In this document: one piece after another, positions 43,064 through 56,980 of the stretch
How positions within the stretch are numbered: position 1 is the first letter of the stretch
Layout of the letters: the number at the start of each line of letters is the position of its first letter
NCBI RefSeq assembly: GCF_009914755.1
Contig: NC_060941.1
Source: the human T2T-CHM13v2.0 reference genome, Homo sapiens
Direction: 5' to 3' (one strand)
Length of the DNA: 64,000 nt
Notes under the pieces: generated by a model
Databases searched by the model: none
What the model saw: the letters and a program-made list of their open reading frames with translations, nothing else
Told to the model about the DNA's origin: nothing
Position numbers and translations under genes: made by a program

Positions 43064-44353
43064 AACATGATGCCATTTACATGCAGCTTAAACGCATATA
43101 CATGTGTTGAATCAGTGTCATGTGTTGATGAGGGACATAAACACATTTACTAAAAGTATAAACAGTTGCATGGGAATTAGTAACTTTAAATTCATAAAAT
43201 TGTACTGGCTATCAGGTGAGTAGGGGACAAGTGGAATGAGGGAATGAGACCAGCTGGGTACCCAAATATTGCTAATGTTATTGCTTAAGCTGTGTGGTGA
43301 ATACACAGGTGTTCAATTTACTATTATTTCGCACTTTCCGTGTACTTTAGCTATTTGACAATACATTTAAAAATCGAAAACTTATCCCATAATCCCAGGC
43401 TCCAGAGGTGATAGTAGGTGGTGTTTTCCAGACCTTTCCCGCTGCCTTGATTTTCTGTTAACTGGCCACCATCCTTGTCTCCTCGCGCTGCCGGTCGCTG
43501 CAGAACCCCTGCGCGGAGGGACTGCCAGTTCCCAGGAAGGTGCAGGACAGCTGGAGCCTCTTCTTCTCTGGGCAGGGATTTAAATGTTCTTGGGTAGCCT
43601 CGCCAGAGACCTGTGCGGCCCTACAGTGACCTTCTTTCCAGCCACTTTCCCATGAGCTCAAAGCTTTGGATTCTGTCACTTGCAAAGGGTCAGGCCTGAT
43701 CCCTTGCGGGTTCTTGAGAAGTGAGTAAGACTTCCAGCGCCCCGGCCCAGACTGCGACGACCCAGACTGCGACGACCCAGTCTGCGCCTGGCGCAGGCTC
43801 CATAGACGGCTTTTCTTCAGCTCTGTCCACTGAGACCTCGAGCCCTTGAGCAGAAGATGGGAGAGAGAGGGTCTTGCTGGGCGGGCTCCAGAAGTCCTCC
43901 TGGCTCTGGGCGCAGGAGTTGGAAGAGAAGAGATAGAGAAACATCTACTCACCAGAATTGTAAACTGGAAGAAGGGTAGAGGAAAGGTGCCTAGAGAGGG
44001 CAGCTGGAATCAGGATTGGGCTGAATATTTTAGGAGTCCCCAAGTGCTACTTCTATCCGCTGGGAGCACGGGTTCGAATCTGCCCCCAGGCAGCCCGCTC
44101 CTGGTTCTCTTGTCCCCCTGTGCTGCGGCGGGGCCCACTTCGGCCCTCGGGTTCCCCGCACAGGCCACACAGGGCAGCAGCGCGCGCCGTACCCACGGGC
44201 AGTTCGAGAGGGCCGCGCGTGGCGGAGCCAGGCCCTTCGCCAGCGCCCAGTACAAATTTAGTACTAGAATTAAGAGAAACACACTGAAATCTGACAGCCC
44301 CGCCTAAGACCCGGGCGTGAGGAAGTCTGCGGTGGGTGATGAATACAAAGAAC

Positions 44354-44366
44354 AGTTTCTCTTTCC
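44354..44366 (+). promoter_or_regulatory. SLFN5: ISRE (interferon-stimulated response element)
   Basis: AGTTTCTCTTTCC matches AGTTTCNNTTTCY, ~650 bp upstream of the inferred TSS of a known type-I-IFN-inducible gene. Confidence 0.7.
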
Positions 44367-44883
44367 TGTCAGTAAAACGCTGTTTCCAGAGCCTGCCAGG
44401 TTTCGCCCCAGTGGCCACACCTATGCCTGGCAGGTGCTGGTCCGAGCCCCTAGCGCCAGCAAAAGAAAGGAGGCGGACGCAACATTCTCGAATTACTAGG
44501 AGAAGGAGGGAGGCTTTCCCTTCCCCCCAGTGCCCCATGTACCAACGCGTCTCGCCATACCCCTTGCCCCTCTTCCAGCAGCTGACGGAGTAATTCGAGT
44601 AGGAATCGAAAGATTTGGAGGCGCCGGGGGAGAAACCTGCGGAGCGCTCTCCGAGCCTGTGGCGTCCCAGGAAGACTCCGAGCGGGGCCAGGGAAGTTCT
44701 CTGGAGGACATGGGGTGGATACCCAGGTCTCCTTCCCTGGGTGAAATAAGAACTGAAAATCTAAAAATAAAATAAATAAAATAAAATAGAAAACACAGAG
44801 AAGCAACAAAAAAGCGCTTCCCCTCCTCAGTTCTCCCCAGTCCACCCAAGGTTTACCAAGACTGTTGTAGTTGCAAGAGTGGG

Positions 44884-44982
44884 CTTCCGGCTCCACGTAA
44901 CGATGCGATTGGGCTGTACCTCTGTCTGTCTCCTGCGCGATGTCCCGCCCCGGGAGGTGTCACGGAACTCAGCTGATATAAG
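44884..44982 (+). promoter_or_regulatory. SLFN5: Core promoter: ETS (CTTCCGG 44884), inverted CCAAT (ATTGG 44908), GC box (CCCGCCC 44944), TATA-like TATAAG (44977)
   Basis: Canonical order and spacing predict a TSS at ~45006-45010. Confidence 0.65.
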
Positions 44983-45007
44983 CCCGGGATCCCGCCGGGT
45001 CAGGTTC

Positions 45008-45078
45008 TCTGCTCTGGACTTGGGAGGCTCCGTTGCCTGCTCCCGGAGGGAGACGCGCTGCCGAGGAGAACCCAGCGG
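45008..45078 (+). other. SLFN5: Inferred non-coding exon 1 of SLFN5 (start approximate)
   Basis: ~30 bp downstream of the TATA-like box; ends at splice donor CGG|GTAATG (GT at 45079-45080). Confidence 0.7.
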
Positions 45079-45715
45079 GTAATGAATCCCCCGCGCTTCT
45101 TTGCCCAGGCCTTCCCCAAACCTCCCCCCGGTCTGCGCGGGTTCTCCTATTGGGCTGTGGTGAAGACAAGGTGCGGCGACTGCAGCTCCCCAGGTCTGGG
45201 CGCTGCCGGGAGAGAGTCTTTCCCGCTGGGGAGATTTAGTTTGTTGACTCAGGAGCACCTCCAACGACAGCTAGTGGCAGAGGACCCGGGAGCTGGGAGG
45301 TTCGGAACGCGGGGCGAGCTGGGGAGGAGGGAGAGGCGCCGACCCAGCGCAGCCTACATCTTAGCAAACCAAACCTGGCAACATTTCCCCACGGTTCAGG
45401 AGCACGAAGGACTTAAGGGAAAACGACGAAATCGGGGCTCCCGAGGATGAAGTTAAATGGGTTGTGGCCTGGGGACAAATAGGGCCAATGTCCAGTCTAT
45501 TACAAGAGGCTTTGTTCCAGAGGCTTGCCTATAAGCCCCTGGCTTGGAACGTCAGTCTTCAAACTGTAACAACAGGGGCAGGCTACTAGGGTAGCCCACA
45601 AAGCCCTGTATCCCCCATACAGTGACTAACTAGAGCCCTAGTTGGTCATATCCGCAGTGGCTGAGACTGCGGTGTGATTCCGTTTCCCTCTTGCATGTGT
45701 CCCGGGAGCCCGAGT

Positions 45716-46236
45716 TGTCGAAGCCCAAATTCAGGCTCAGGAACCTGATGTGCTGTTGATGCCAAACACTGACACACAGATGCTTGGAGACAGAGGAAGA
45801 TTTATTCCATTTGGCCAAAGCGAGAAGGCAAGAGGTCAAGATCTCTCAAATCCACCCTAACAAAAAGAAGTAGTGGGGAGTTTTTATGAGACCAGGAAGT
45901 AAGGGAGGGGGAATTTCAGGGAACCTCGGGGAAAAGTCTTTCTTCGTCTCAGATTACATCTTGAACCACCAGACTTCTGGGCGTCAGCAGCTGGTCACAA
46001 TGCCCTTAAAGGCATTCATTCCTTCTGCAAAATTTTTTTCTTGACTCTGAAGCTATATCCTCCTGCTTGACAAAGAAACGGTGCATCAGCAGTTTATAAT
46101 TATATTGCTAGAAAAAGGAATATTGGGCAAAAAGTGGGTAGTTAACATATGCAAATAAGCAAGGGCCTCATCGGAATTTTCATGGTTTCATCACTAAAAA
46201 TGTTGGGGTGCTGAAATCTTGAGGGGCTCGGTTGCA
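45716..46236 (-). mobile_element. Probable solo LTR, antisense in intron 1 (family not assigned)
   Basis: ~520 bp bounded by TG...CA; on the - strand a TATA-like CATAAAAA (~45881-45888) precedes AATAAA (~45800-45805). Confidence 0.5.
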
Positions 46237-46947
46237 CCAGAAGGGGATCCTTTGTCACTAGTGCAGGCAGGAAGGGATGCTTGAGGGAGGATGGGGGGAA
46301 CTTTTCAATAGTTCCTCCCCTCCCCTACCAATAGCGGGTGGGAGGGCGTTGGTTTAGAGCCAAGCCTCTAGGAGAAGATGAGAGCAATGGCTAAAGTTTG
46401 TCTGGCCTCGCCCTATGAGAAGGGGGCGGAGGCTGTGCCTGCCTTTGTGGGGGAAAAAGAAGCCGATTCCTAATCTGTCTGTCTCATGGGAGGTGAGAGT
46501 TCCTGTGGCAGGATAACAGACAAGCAATTCAGTGTGATAACATCCTGTGTCAGAAGTATTCATTTAAATGTCACAAGAGGCCGGGCGCCGTGGCTTATGC
46601 CTGTAATCTCAGCACTTTGGGAGGCTGAGGCTGGTGGATCACGTGAGGTGGGCGGATCACTTGAGGTCAGGAGTTCGAGACAGCCTGGCCAACATGGTGA
46701 AACCCCATCTGTACAAAAAATGCAAAAATTAGCTGGATGTGATGACACATGCCTGTAATTCCAGCTACTCGGAGCCTGAGGCAGGAGAATTGCTTGAACC
46801 ACCCCCTCCCCCCACCATAAAAAAAGTCACAAGAATTAAACTCTTTTGTTTAAGAAAATAAGCAGTTTTATTATTTCCATGTAAGAGGAAGAAGAGGAAA
46901 ATGCTGTGATCCACTCCTGGCCTGATTATGAAAATTCACAGGTGTTT

Positions 46948-47456
46948 ATAGCAGCCCCACTTTAACCATGGGATATGTCCCAAGACCCTAAGTTGATGCC
47001 TAAAACCAGATGCCTGAAACCATGGGTAGCACCAAACCCTATATCTAATGTGTTTTTTCCCTATACTTTCACTGTTTCACTTAAAGAAAGCACTTAAAGA
47101 AAGGCTTTTCTTTGGCATATCTGAATTGCCAGCATCACTACTCTGGAGATTTGGGGCCATTAAATAAAATAAGAGTTACTTGAACATAAGCAGTATTAGA
47201 GTTGATCTGGTAAGTAAGAAGGCTACCAAGTGACTAAGGGCTAGTAGCATATACGGGGTGAGTACACCAGACAAAGGAATGATTCATGTCCTGGGGTGAG
47301 AGGGAGTGGATGGCATGAGATTTCATCAGGCTACTCAGAATGAAACTTGAAACTTATAAATTATTTATTTCTGGAATTTTTCATTTAATATTTTTGGACT
47401 AGAGCTGACTGTGGTAACTAAAGCATGGAAAACCACCAGATAAGGGAGGACTACTA
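46948..47456. mobile_element. MER44/Tigger7-like DNA transposon
   Basis: Degenerate terminal inverted repeats (tagcagccccactttaacc ... gataagggaggactacta) and internal MER44-like motifs. Confidence 0.7.
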
Positions 47457-50440
47457 TATACTATCAGAAAATAGAAATCATTTCCAGTATTATTGTTATG
47501 GCAAATTGAATCATATGATATACACTCTTTTATGTCTGGCTTCTGTCACTCAGCATCATTGTTTTCAGATTCATCTATGTCATTGTGGGTACCAATAGTT
47601 CTTTCCTTTTTATTACGGTTGAGTAGTCTTCTATTATATGGATAATCAATATTGGCTTCTTCATTCATCTACTGATGGGCATTTGGATTGTTTCCAGTCT
47701 ATGTCTTTCACAAATAAAAATGTTATGAACATTCATGCACAAGTCTTTGTATGGACATATGCTTTTTTTTTTTTTTCCTCTTGGGTAAATACTTTGGTGT
47801 GGAATGGCTGGGTCATATGGCAAGCGTACGCAGAACTTCTTAAGAAACTGCCAAATTCTTTTCCAAAATGGTCGTACCCCTTTATATCCCTACAAGGAGT
47901 ATATGACGATGCCCATTCCTTCACATCTTCACCAACAACTAGCATGGTTAGTCATTTTAGCCATTCTAATAGATGTGTAGTGGTATCTCACTGAAGTTTT
48001 AATAGGCATTTCCCTAACGACTAATGATGTTGAGCATAATTCAATGTGCTTATTTGTATCCATATATTTTCTTTGGTAAATTGTCTATTCAAGTATTTTA
48101 TTCATTTTTAAATTGGGTTTTTTTATCATTACTTTTTGAGTGTTCTATATATAATCTACTTACAAGTTCTTTATCAGTTATGTAATTTGCAAATACCTTC
48201 TTCCAGTCAGAGGTTTATATTTTCTTTTTTTCTTAAACTTTTACTTTAAGTTCAGGAGTACTTGTGCCTGACGTGCAGGTTTGTTACATAGATAAATGTG
48301 TTGCCATGGTGGTTTGCTGCACAGATCATCCCATCACCTAGGTATTAAGCCCAGCAGCCATTAGCACCATTCTGATGCTCTCGCTCCTCCTGTTGCCCCC
48401 TCCTCTGACAGGCTGGGGCTTATATTTTCATTCTCTTAATAGTGTCTTTCAGAAGGAGAAGTTCTTAAAGTCCAATATATCATTTAAAAAAATTTATTGT
48501 GCATCTAGGCCAGGTGCAGTGGCTCATGCCTGTAAACCCAGCACTTTGGGAGGCCGAGGCAGGGAGATCACTTGAGGTCAGGAGTTTGAGACCAGCCTGG
48601 TCAACATGGTGAAATGCCATCTCTACTAAAATTACAAAATTTACCCAGGCGTGGTGGTGGGCACCTGTAATCCCAGCTACTAGAGAGGCTGAGGCAGGAG
48701 AATCGCTTGAACCCAAGGGGTGGAGGTTCCAGTGACCGAAATAGCACCACTGCACTCCAGCCTGGGCAGCAGAGGGAGACTCCATCTCAGAAAAAAAAAA
48801 AAAAATTATTTTGTTCATCTAATATCATCTGTAAGAAATGTTTGCCTAACCCAAGGCAAAAATATTTTCTCTTATATTTTTCTCTAGAAATTTTATGGTT
48901 GACAGGCTAAATATACATACAAACTCTGGCCAGGACATATGCAAAAATAGAACTCTGACCCAGAACTGCTGCAGTAACCAGCCTGGGAAGCCAAACACAA
49001 CTTCTGCAGCAGTTGACTGGTAGTGGTCAGGACCTTGTCAATAACTGACAGCATCCTTAATTTTTGCTCCTGATTCCAATTTAGGGCCAGTCAGAGAAAG
49101 CCAAATATGTTCCCCAAACTAATCATACAGGATGTTCATTTCTAGTTAGCCTGCTTCCAACTTCCCTACGACAACACCCTTGAATCATATCATACCTGAG
49201 CATTCCCTTTTTGTCACTATCAATCTTTCCCCTGCCTGTCTATGAGGCTTTGACAAATGTGAGTGATGATGGCGGCTGACTCCCTCGTTATAGTGAGCTC
49301 TGAATAAACAGCCTCTGCTTGTTCTCATCCAGGCAGACTTCATTAATGTCTTTAGTTTCCTTGCAGGTTCCACCAAGGTACCATCTGCCCACTGTGTGGA
49401 CTCCCATTTTCAAACAGGATGGCTGCTACAGAGGCACCTTGCACCTTGCAGAGAGTGGTTTGTTGAGTTTGCACTGATAGGATAAGTCAGCACTGACTGA
49501 ATGTCTCTTTTTTTTGAGTTCCTCAGCTACTGATTCTCATTTGATACCCGGGTTTTGTTATTGGTTCCCATTTATTTGGCACCCTAGGTGGAATCAGGCC
49601 ATTCTCTTTCACCTCTTTTGGCTCTCTTTTTTGTGTGTTTGTGTTGTGCTGTTTAAAAGCGGTTTGTCCGAAGAAGGAGAATGACAGGGTCAGACATAGG
49701 CATAGGTCCTACAAGCCTGTTCAAGCTTGCTTCACAGTCCAGTGAGTTTGTGGTTCTCCCTGAACCCATGTCCATGTGGACAAACTTTGTTGTGGGTCAC
49801 CAATAAAACCAGCTCAGGTTCTCCTTCCATCTTGCGTTTTTGTCCTGAGAGCTTCACTTTGGTCCACGGGGAGTGCTTTCTCTGGTTTTCTGCCTACTGA
49901 GGGGCACAGATTGTCTGGTCTGTGTTAGGAGGTGCCCAACTGTACGGTTGGGGACCTGAGACACAAAGTGCACAAGAATTATACTCCTACTGATGGTCAA
50001 CAGCTCTCATGGGGTCTTCTAAGTCTAAATACCCTCCTCATCTAGGAGAAACTGCTTCTTATTTGTACAACACTAGCTCATGCACCTACCTTCCTACCTT
50101 CCTAATGGCATAACTCCAAGGATGATCTGGGCCTTTACTGGCTATTTTGGGGTACATTTGACTTGAACAAAATTGTTCATTTGACATGCACCTTAGAAAA
50201 GTAGGAATAAGATTTCTCAGGATGAATGGGGCTGCCGTTTTTTGTTGGTAGGCAGAGGCCTCCAAATGAAATTCTGATCAAAAATTGCTTCATTAAAAGA
50301 TTCTTTGCCCAAAACCAATGGGAAATTTGACACACTTAAACAACAACAAACTAGACTCATTTCCCTAGTAAATGCTTCTTTTTCTTGTCTTCCAGATGCC
50401 TCCGTGTATCCAGCTCTCTCTTTTCCCCCTTATCCTTCTA

Positions 50441-50486
50441 TTAGGTTGGTGCAAGAGTAATTGCAATTTTTGCCATGACTTTCAAT
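50441..50486. mobile_element. MADE1 (Hsmar1 MITE) half element
   Basis: TA followed by TTAGGTTGGTGCAAGAGTAATTGCAATTTTTGCCAT; the second arm is missing. Confidence 0.85.
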
Positions 50487-52312
50487 AATCTCTCTCCTAT
50501 ACTTCAGTCAACTGCTCACTTCTCTTCCCCCTTTTCAGACCCCCACCCTTTGCCCAATAACTCTCCTAAACTCCAAAATTCCAGTTGCCTCTGAATATCC
50601 ATCCCTCTCTTTAAGCCAGGTATGCAGACATCTGTAGAATTTAAACCTTGGATCCAAGCTGAATTAAGAGTTATACTTAAAGGTTTCCCTAAACCCAGCA
50701 AGACTAGCAAAAATTCACAAAAGAATTTAGAATTCTTCTAGGTACATATGACCCAAGGTTACCTAACCTCTATCAACTTGTACACATGTTGGTCAGAATC
50801 TCAGGTGCTAAATCCTGGAGGGCAAAAGCTGATTGGACAGACTCAGAAAGGGACCCACAGTATCCCTCTTTCCATAGTAAATCCGAGGGTTTTAAAAAAA
50901 AGGATCCAAAAAGTAAGGCAAAGTCTCCTAAAAGCCATACCCAAATCATTTCTAATAAAAATCCATTGGACCATGCAAACAAAAAAATAAAACTGTTGGA
51001 CTTTTTCAGGATAGACTAGGAAATACCTTCCAACACATCAGTTAAAGAAGGTGGTAAAAAGCAGCCCTTTCATCTCATTTTGTCAGTGGAGTTAAACATG
51101 AAATTGGAGACTTAATTCTAAAACAGAAATTGGAATGGAAAACAACCCCTTTATCTGAATTGTAACACCAAGCAGAACATTTTGAAAGAGCTTTAGAACT
51201 AAAATGAGACAGGACTCAAAATAAACTTGTGGCCCACTTCCCAATCAACCACCTATTGACAAGGACACTACAGATATTGTAAACAGAACCAAGACAAATA
51301 AAAATCCATCAGTTCAGATCAATGAGGGTGCTCAGAGGAAGGAGAAACTACCCAATAGTCTGCCTTTCCCTAAACACTCAAGGTGATTTAACTATAAATA
51401 CAGGTGGTCAACTTCATCAATTTCTGGTAAACATGGTACTACTCTTTCTATGTTAAACACTGTCCCTTTTGCTCAATCTCTTCCTCTGAGTAAACATACC
51501 ACACAGGTGGTAGGTATTTCAAGTAACCCACATATAAGCCACATATTTATTCCATCTCCCAGCCCTTAACTGTAGCCCTTGGTCCCTGACTGAAAAACAT
51601 TCCTTCCTCCTCTTTGATATCATGCCTATGAGTTTAATAGAGACTTAATTTGCAAATGGAACTGTAATATGTATTGATGTTCCAGAGACTTCTCTATTCA
51701 TAATCAAGTTGCACCTGCTATGAATACACCTTTGCTTTCTCTATTATATTTGATGCATACTCCAAATAAATATCTTGACACCAAACCTGACAGTGTAAGG
51801 GGCTAAAAATTCCACTCACATAGGACGAATAATTGGAGAAGCAAAATAATAAGCAGAACTTACTAAGTTCAGACAGATCCTGTCAAACCATTACCCAAAC
51901 TTCCCCAATATCCATAGAAGTCAGACGCAAAGGAATGGCTCGAACCTACAGTTGAAGGCCTTATATGCAAAGGTCCTCTCCTATCCCCTAGTAACACTCC
52001 TGTCCCGCCAGCAAAGAAACCAAGTGGATGAAGATATTGATTTAAGACTTCAGAACCATCAACAAAATTGTCATTTCTTTTTTCCCAGTAGTGCCTAACC
52101 CACACACCATCTGTCATTAATTCTACTTGAAGTCACTTGCTTTACTGTAGTAGAAATTTTCTCTGCCTTTTTCAGTGCACCTTTAGACAAAGACAGTCAA
52201 TACTTTTCTGCCTTTGCCTTGGGAAGGACAATGGTATAACTGGACAGTCATACTCCAGAGATTCATTGAAGCCCCTGTTTTTGTCCAGATGCTCAAGTAA
52301 GAGTTAAAAGAT

Positions 52313-52611
<299 letters not shown>

Positions 52612-53271
52612 TTAAAAGACATAAATTTCCCTTGTGACCTTGTGATTCAGTTCTGATACAATATAAAAATGATCTCCTACTTTGTTCAGAGAACAAGGAA
52701 GCCTGTTAAAAGGATTCCATTTTCTTGCTCTCAGCCTTAGTAGAGAAGGGACATAAAATTTTTAAGGCTAAATTACAATTTTACCAAAACACAATTCATT
52801 ATTTGAAGTAAACCTCTCTAAGGAGGGATAAATATTCTCTCCTGATAAAGATTATCCGAAGTTATTGTAAATCCCTCACAAAATGACAGATGAGAGGATT
52901 TCTAGGTTAACTGGATATTGCAAACAATAGGTGCCAAAGTTTTCTGAAATTGGAGCACCTCTTTATGGATTGACTGTCTTCAGTGAGGGATTCTCTCCTT
53001 TGAAAGTCCAAACATAAAGACCTCCTGGAACCTGAAATCAGTTCTTCAACAGCCTCCTTCCCAAAGCACCCCAACTGTAGAAAGCCATTTTGTCTATTTG
53101 TGCGAGAGCGATGTAGAGAAGCCCTTGGGCCTTCAACTTCATGGAAACCATGAAAACCCCATTATTTGCTGTAGCCTCACTCTTGACCTGTTTAAAAGGC
53201 TTATTTCTATTGGTTTAGGGCATTAGCTGTCACTGCAAAACTTGATGATGCTTCTGCCAAACTAGCTCTAG

Positions 53272-53910
<639 letters not shown>

Positions 53911-54909
53911 TGAATCTTTACTCTCATAATCTCTGGTGCTCTCAAAATGGCCACTTGCTGGCACCAAATTATTTAAAATGGATATTAGCTAAATTTCTCC
54001 ATGAAATTACTCATTATAATATAGACAAATTGGTCACTATCTTAAATCCACATCCGTGGGAAAACTAAAAAGACAGCTGAGCGGTGGGGCATGGTGGCTC
54101 ATACCTGTAATCCCAGCACTTTAAGAGGCTGAGGCAGGAGGATTGCTTGAGGTTATGAGTTTGAGACCAGCCTAGGCAATCTTGTAAGACCCTATCTGTA
54201 CAAAAAATTTAAAAAATTAGCTGTGCATTGTGGCGCGTTCTTGTAGTCCTAGCTACTTGGGAGGCTAAGGCAGGAGGATAGCTTGAGCCTAAGAGTTCAA
54301 GGCTATAGTGAGCCATGACTGCACTCCAGCCTGGGTGACAGAGTGAAAAGCCCTGTCTCTAAAAAAACAAAAACCAAAAAGGACAGCTGAGGATATTTTC
54401 AGGTTATGTGTCGCCTGTCAACAACATAATCCTGGAAAAATTCTAATGTCATCTTTTGTTCCTCTATAGATAATGTGCCTTTTTCCTCTGGATGCTTTTA
54501 AGATTTTTTTCTGTATCACTGGTTTTGAACAATTTAATTATGATGTTCCTCAGTATTTTTTTTTTTCACATTTCTTGTGCTTAAGGTTTGTGTAACATCT
54601 TAGATTTTAGATCTTGATTTTTTCTAGTGTTCATCAAATTTTCTTCAAAAATGTTTTAGTTGTTTCAGACAGGAGAGTAGCCTAGTCCCTAGTACTTTAT
54701 TCTGACTGGAAGTGAAAGTCTCATGAATGTAGTTTTGAAAATCATAGTTCCTTAGACACAGTAAGGAAACCAATGGCCTCAGCCTCTCCCACTTCTGCTT
54801 GCCAGGAGCCTCTTGTCTCTCGGGCTTTTTCTTCTGGCACGTGTTTCTGTATTTCTAAACAGCATGCTTATTTTCTCCTTTCTCCCTCCCACCCCCTCTC
54901 ATTTTAGAT

Positions 54910-55256
54910 ATTGTCTTAGTCAATTTGGGCTGCTGTAACAAAATACCATGGACTGGGTGGCTTTTAAACAACAAAAATTTATTGCACACAATTTTGGTGG
55001 CTGGGAAGTCCAAGGTGCTGAGAGATTTGGTATCTGGAGAGGGCCCTCATAGATGGTGCCTTCTCACTGGGTCCTCGCATGGTAGCGGGGGTGTATATGC
55101 TCCCTTGGACCTCTTTCATAAGGGCACTAATCTCACTTATGAGGGTACATCATCATGACCTAATCACCTTCCAATGGCCCTATCTCCTAATACCAGCACC
55201 TTTAGGGTTAGGATTTGCACAATGAACTTTAGGGAGTTGCAAACATTCAGACCATA
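54910..55256 (-). mobile_element. MLT1A-like LTR
   Basis: tgtcttagtcaatttgggctgctgtaacaaaatacca...caaacattcagaccata. Confidence 0.75.
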
Positions 55257-55292
55257 AAAGATACTGTTTATTTCTGGAAGATGACTGTATAG

Positions 55293-56038
<746 letters not shown>

Positions 56039-56669
56039 TAGGACTTTATTTACAACGGTGCCAAATAATGCCTTATGGTTATCTTTTATTTACTATACTA
56101 CTTTTTATTTTAACTTAGCATTATTGTCTTATATTTGTATTTGTCTGTCTTCCTAAGTGCCTATGACCAATTCATCCCCTACTCTCCACCCTCTCAGTTT
56201 ACTAAGTGATCTGTCAATTGCATGGTCTTAGGCTCTGTCCACCGAAGCCTGCTGCTCTGTTGTGCAGTTTTGCCTGTGATCTGTAGGCCTGCTCTGCAGC
56301 TGTTATTCCCAGACCTCCCTTCACAAACATCCAGGGGATTTTTAAACTTCCTTTCCTTGTTGAATCTCTTGTTTCCTGCATCCACTTTTTTGAGGGAAGA
56401 AATGCAGGGGGCAGGGCAAAGACAGTGTCCAGAGAGCATGAAATCTGAAATCTCAGTTCACAGTGCCAACTCTTACGACACAGGGTTCTGTAATCATGCA
56501 TGAGTCACTGTTTTTCTTCCTACTTCAGAGAACTTCAAATTTTGCCAGCAATGCCCAGCATCCATTACTGCAGGCATTCTATTTTGGTGTCATCAACTTC
56601 CCTGCTCAAGTTTTCAGTGCACTTGGCATTCCTTCTGCGTACATGTTGAGGTTTAAATTTCTGGATTTC

Positions 56670-56980
56670 GGCCGGGCGTGGTGGCTCACGCCTGTAATCC
56701 CAGCAATTTGGGAGGCTGAAGCGGGTGGATCACCTGAGGTCAGGAGTTCGAGACCAGCCTGGCTAACATGGCGAAACCCTGTCTCTACTAAAAATACAAA
56801 AATTAGCTGGGCATGGTGGCTTGTGCCTGTAGTCCCAGCTACTCAGAAGGCTGAGGAAGGAGAATCACTTGAACCCAGGAGGCAGAGGTTGCAGTGAGCT
56901 GAGATCACACCACTGCACTACAGCCTGGGCAATAGAGCGAGGCTCTGTCTCAAAAAAATCAAAATAAATAAATAAATAAA
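56670..56980 (+). mobile_element. AluS
   Basis: Full dimer; TSD AAATTTCTGGATTT. Confidence 0.92.

Larger units (their letters stand above)
43480..45450. promoter_or_regulatory. SLFN5: CpG island spanning the SLFN5 promoter and first exon
   Basis: High GC and abundant CpG in non-repeat sequence, against a CpG-depleted background. Confidence 0.85.

Noticed and set aside
44055-44095. GGTTCGAATC (tRNA B-box/T-loop-like) in the CpG island
   Set aside because: No convincing A-box at proper spacing, no cloverleaf stems and no T-run terminator; not a tRNA gene. At most an isolated TFIIIC-type motif.
43458-45450. Many overlapping 100-165 aa ORFs on both strands
   Set aside because: Expected in GC-rich, stop-poor CpG-island DNA; no recognisable domains.
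50441-50486. MADE1-derived miR-548-type hairpin
   Set aside because: Only one arm is present, so no precursor hairpin can form.
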